Shown: in pieces, positions 27,122 through 28,124 of the stretch
How positions within the stretch are numbered: the first letter of the stretch is position 1
Layout of the letters: the number at the start of each line of letters is the position of its first letter
DNA from: Pseudonocardiaceae bacterium
GTDB taxonomy: Bacteria; Actinomycetota; Actinomycetes; Mycobacteriales; Pseudonocardiaceae
Assembly (NCBI GenBank): GCA_035712045.1
Contig: DASTBN010000213.1
Span: 1-28,124 of the forward strand
DNA: 28,124 bases
Reading direction: 5' to 3'
Translations under genes and position numbers: made by a program
Notes under the pieces: generated by a model
What the model was told of the DNA's origin: nothing
Database searches by the model: none
The model's input: the letters and a program-made list of their open reading frames with translations, nothing else

Positions 27122-27511
27122 ATGACGGATCGGATCCAGGTGCGGGAGCTGGCCGCCTGCGACGGTTTCGCTCTGCGCGTTGGAGACGGTGTCCTGGTCT
27201 ACGTCTCCACTGGAGTGCCCAGCTCGGCGCGGGAGGCAGTGGCCCGGCACTTGATCGATGTGGTGCGCAGCGCTCGCGGGGCACGTTACGCCAGCGCGAG
27301 CCTCGCCGTCGGCGACGCGAAGTGTCTCGTGCCGATCCCGGACGCGGCAGGCTCTACCGGCGCCCTCACCGCGCTAGTCACCGCCGTGCTCCCGAACTCG
27401 ACAGCGGGGCGGTTCACGCCAGTCCGACCGCTCACTGTCGAGTTCGGGAAGATGAGAGCGCCATGTTGGGCTAGCCGAGGTCTTCTTCGGCTAGGCGGTG
27501 GACCCGGATGA
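27122..27511 (+). CDS. Hypothetical protein downstream of the putative repressor
   Basis: ATG after GGGAAG. The N-terminal IQVRELAACDGFALRVGDGVLVYVST looks protein-like. The 3' end overlaps pyk convergently and may be degenerate. Confidence 0.45.
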   Translation: MTDRIQVRELAACDGFALRVGDGVLVYVSTGVPSSAREAVARHLIDVVRSARGARYASASLAVGDAKCLVPIPDAAGSTGALTALVTAVLPNSTAGRFTPVRPLTVEFGKMRAPCWASRGLLRLGGGPG

Positions 27512-28124
27512 GGTTGGTGGAGCCTATGGTGCCTGGGGGAGAGCCGGCCACGATGACGACGAGATCACCTGGCTGATAGCGGGCGATCGAGAGCATCGCG
27601 TGATCCACCAGGCGGACCATGGCGTCGGTGGATTCCACCCGGTTTACCAGGAAGGTCTCGGTGCCCCAGGTGAGGGTGAGCTGGTTGCGTACCGGTGCTT
27701 CGGGGGTGAAGGCCAGCAGGGGGAGCGAGGTGTGTAGCCGGGCCAGCCTGCGCGCGGTGTCGCCGGATTGGGTGAAGGCGACTAGTGCCTTGGCTTCCAG
27801 CCGCTCGCCGACATCGCGGGCGGCGAACGCCAGCACGCCTCGTTTGGTGCGCGGTATGTGGTTGAGTGGCGGGACGTCGACCGTGCTGGTCTCGGCGGCT
27901 TCGATGATGCGGCTCATGGTTCGCACCGATTCGATCGGATAGCGCCCGACGCTGGTCTCCCCGGAGAGCATCACCGCGTCGGTACCATCGAGTACCGCGT
28001 TGGCCACATCCGAGGCCTCGGCCCGGGTCGGCCGCGCGTTCCCGATCATCGAATCCAGCATCTGGGTGGCCACAATGATCGGCTTGGCGTTCTCCCTGGC
28101 CACCTGAACCGCCCGCTTCTGCAC
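27471..28124 (-). CDS. pyk: Pyruvate kinase, 3' portion (5' end outside window)
   Basis: KPIIVATQMLDSM, PTRAEASDVANAVLDGTDAVMLSGETSVGRYP, FTQSGDTARR and GSTNLIRVH motifs. Confidence 0.98.
   Translation of the reverse strand: MQKRAVQVARENAKPIIVATQMLDSMIGNARPTRAEASDVANAVLDGTDAVMLSGETSVGRYPIESVRTMSRIIEAAETSTVDVPPLNHIPRTKRGVLAFAARDVGERLEAKALVAFTQSGDTARRLARLHTSLPLLAFTPEAPVRNQLTLTWGTETFLVNRVESTDAMVRLVDHAMLSIARYQPGDLVVIVAGSPPGTIGSTNLIRVHRLAEEDLG

Overview
High-GC actinobacterial DNA; the protein families resemble those of Pseudonocardiales (inference). Two intact blocks bracket the window: a carbohydrate ABC transporter operon (87-4328) and the 3' part of pyruvate kinase (pyk, 27471 to the window end). 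Between them lies about 23 kb of accessory, partly decayed DNA. The left half (4.3-15.1 kb) is divided by four same-orientation copies of a short att-like element. Read on the minus strand it is GTGG-N14-TACTCGCAC-N7/8-C[A/G]AGCCGCTGACC (one copy keeps only its 3' part), and three copies continue into a small HTH-like reading frame. The cargo between copies includes an MDR oxidoreductase, a PadR plus membrane protein pair, a HemK2/CDGSH/redox operon relic, an aminotransferase, a cardiolipin-synthase-like PLD, an MFS fragment and IS scars. The right half (15.1-27.5 kb) looks like a decayed integrative element or prophage. It carries GNAT, GAF-ANTAR and STAS genes, a tyrosine integrase fragment, two XRE regulators, an NYN nuclease relic, a very acidic 78-aa protein and a cI/cro-like divergent switch abutting the pyk 3' end. 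No rRNA, tRNA gene or CRISPR array was seen. Family assignments come from motif recognition and memory, not from database searches.
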